Assembly (NCBI RefSeq): GCF_963921235.1
Contig: NC_086097.1
Location: 109,060,001-109,124,000, forward strand
Direction of reading: 5' to 3'
Length of the DNA stretch: 64,000 bases
Source: Mobula hypostoma
Taxonomy: Eukaryota
In this document: positions 62,272-64,000 of the stretch, piece after piece
Layout: each line of letters opens with the position of its first letter
Position numbering within the stretch: position 1 is the stretch's first letter
Position numbers and translations under genes: made by a program
Notes under the pieces: generated by a model
The model's database searches: none
Told to the model about the DNA's origin: nothing
What the model saw: only the letters and a program-made list of their open reading frames with translations

Positions 62272-64000
62272 TGCAACGCTGGGGGGCATGGTCGATTATT
62301 GGCGGGAGGGGGGAGTTCCACTTCATTTATTGTTACGCTTTAACTTGGGTTATACAGTTATAGCTTGTATATTTGTGGGTCACCCTGACTGTAACTGGGG
62401 TGTATGATGGTCACCTCCCCCATCTGGAGAGACTGGTTGGGTTCACTCTCCCAGTCATGGTGCCCAGTCTGTTTGTGTTTATCACAATAAAACGGTTGCT
62501 GAGTTCAACGAGCTTCCTCGTCCGTTATTATGGACCAAATATTCGCCACATTGGTGTCAGGAATGGAATGTGGGAGATTGAACAGCTACGACGTCGGACA
62601 GAGAGCCTTAAACCCGGGTAATAAGACGAGGGACCGAGCAGTATGTCTCCCCACACACCCACAGGCAGGGCTCAAGCAGACGAGACCCGGAGGGAGGACC
62701 TGGGAACCGAGCGTTGTGCCTTCCCAGGGAGCCCCAATGGAGCGAGTGTACCCAGGCTCCTCAACCCGGGGGACAGAGCGGAACCTCACCTGGCGCATGA
62801 CACAACGGGTGGAGCCCCACCGAGACAGCGGTGCACCGTGCCCCAGCACTGGAACGAGATGCCCTGTGGGCCCTCCTCGACCTAACGCCGGCGGAGCTGC
62901 GTGACTACAGGGCCCTCGTAGTGGTGTTGGAGCGGCGTTTCGAGCAGAGGCCGTTGGCGGAAGCAATGAGGGAAGAACTGTGGAGCAGACGGCGCCGTAT
63001 GGGAGGAAGCCTGGGGGCACTAGCAGCTGATCTCCGCCACTGTGCTCGGCATGACCACCCCGGCCCTAGTTCCCTCCCGCGGCCCAGGAAGAACTTTCCC
63101 TCCACGCCTTTGTAAAGGCGCTGACGCCAAAGCACCTTCGGCAGCATGTTCGCCTGACGTCGCCATCATCGCTGGACGAGGCGGAGAGGGAGGGCAGAAG
63201 CAATTTTAGCCTCTCAAGGTGTTTCAGCGTCGCCCCCCACCAGCGAGCCCGGGCTTGTGTCACCGAGGCTGAGGAGGAGCCCGTCAGACAAGTCCGACTA
63301 GCGCCGCGGGCTATGAAATGATCTCTGCTACCGGTGTGGTGAGGCCGGTCATTTGGCCCGGGACGACCCCGCCCCAGCACCACGCCACAGCTCAGAAGCA
63401 GCAGAACCCCTCCGGGCGGGCCGTTTGGGTGAAGAGCAAGGCTTACACGTTGATGCCTGCGTGCTGGAGGGCATCAGGTGCCGTATGTTGGTGGACACGG
63501 GGTCAACCATCACTACCATCTGTCCCGGTGTCCTCCCCAGCACGGACCAGCCATCCCCGCCTCGGTGGACAACGGCAGCGGTCCGTGACTGTGCGGCGAT
63601 GTGAGGGAAGAGGAGGTTGTGCATCGCAGTGGACACGAGGTGTGACTCGCCGACATCCGAGAGTCCTGACTCATCGGCCTGGACCTGCTGTCCCACTAGA
63701 GGCCCGTGTGGATGTGTCCGGGGCAACACTCTACCTCGGTGCTGAAACCGTGGCTCTTCGGCGGGGCAGCTCCGGGAAGCGGTCCCAGTGGGAGCAGTAA
63801 CCACACCGGTTTCACAGCAGCCCGGGGCAGGGCAGTACACCCGGCAGCGGCCCAACGCAACACCGCTGAACCAGGAGCAAGTGACGGTGACGCCGGCGAC
63901 CACCTCCCCACCACGGACCAGCAGTGCGCAGCGAACAGGTGAGCGATCCGATGTTGGCCCGGGTGAGGGAATGGCTGAGTGTGGGACGACGGCCGGAGTG
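62272..64000 (+). mobile_element. Gypsy/Ty3 LTR retrotransposon, 5' part (LTR 62272-62550, PBS, decayed gag, protease); runs off the window
   Basis: TG...CA LTR with AATAAA. Gag ALLDL..DYRALVVVLERRF and Zn knuckle CYRCGEAGHLARDD (63326-63367). Protease MLVDTGSTITTI (D at 63494). Frameshifted; sharp GC rise. Confidence 0.88.
62552..62569 (+). promoter_or_regulatory. Primer-binding site complementary to the tRNA-Leu 3' end
   Basis: TGGTGTCAGGAATGGAAT one base after the LTR's CA; 16/18 to TGGTGTCAGGAGTGGGAT. Confidence 0.8.

Overview
This window is vertebrate genomic DNA, most likely from a cartilaginous fish (shark or ray; inferred from the repeat families). It holds eight consecutive internal coding exons of a Ca2+/calmodulin-dependent phosphodiesterase gene on the + strand, best matching PDE1C. 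They splice with AG/GT boundaries and consistent phases into one open frame, running from the N-terminal regulatory region into the HD catalytic domain. Both gene ends lie outside the window. The introns are dense with transposable elements: CR1 LINEs (one young ~3.85 kb copy with esterase ORF1 and APE+RT ORF2), Rex1/Babar and RTE fragments, V-SINEs, solo LTRs, the 5' part of a Gypsy element, and Harbinger, Tc1, pogo and hAT derivatives. The most notable hidden signal is a dispersed family of Penelope-like element ends carrying minimal type-I hammerhead ribozymes (CTGANGA...GAAACGTC). They occur as inverted-repeat elements and as tiny 95-128 bp solo insertions with 14-bp target-site duplications (TSDs), several in the sense orientation of the PDE1C pre-mRNA. 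Most short ORFs in the track are repeat-derived noise. Repeat family names come from recognising motifs, not from a database search, and repeat boundaries are approximate unless a TSD or terminal inverted repeat (TIR) is quoted.
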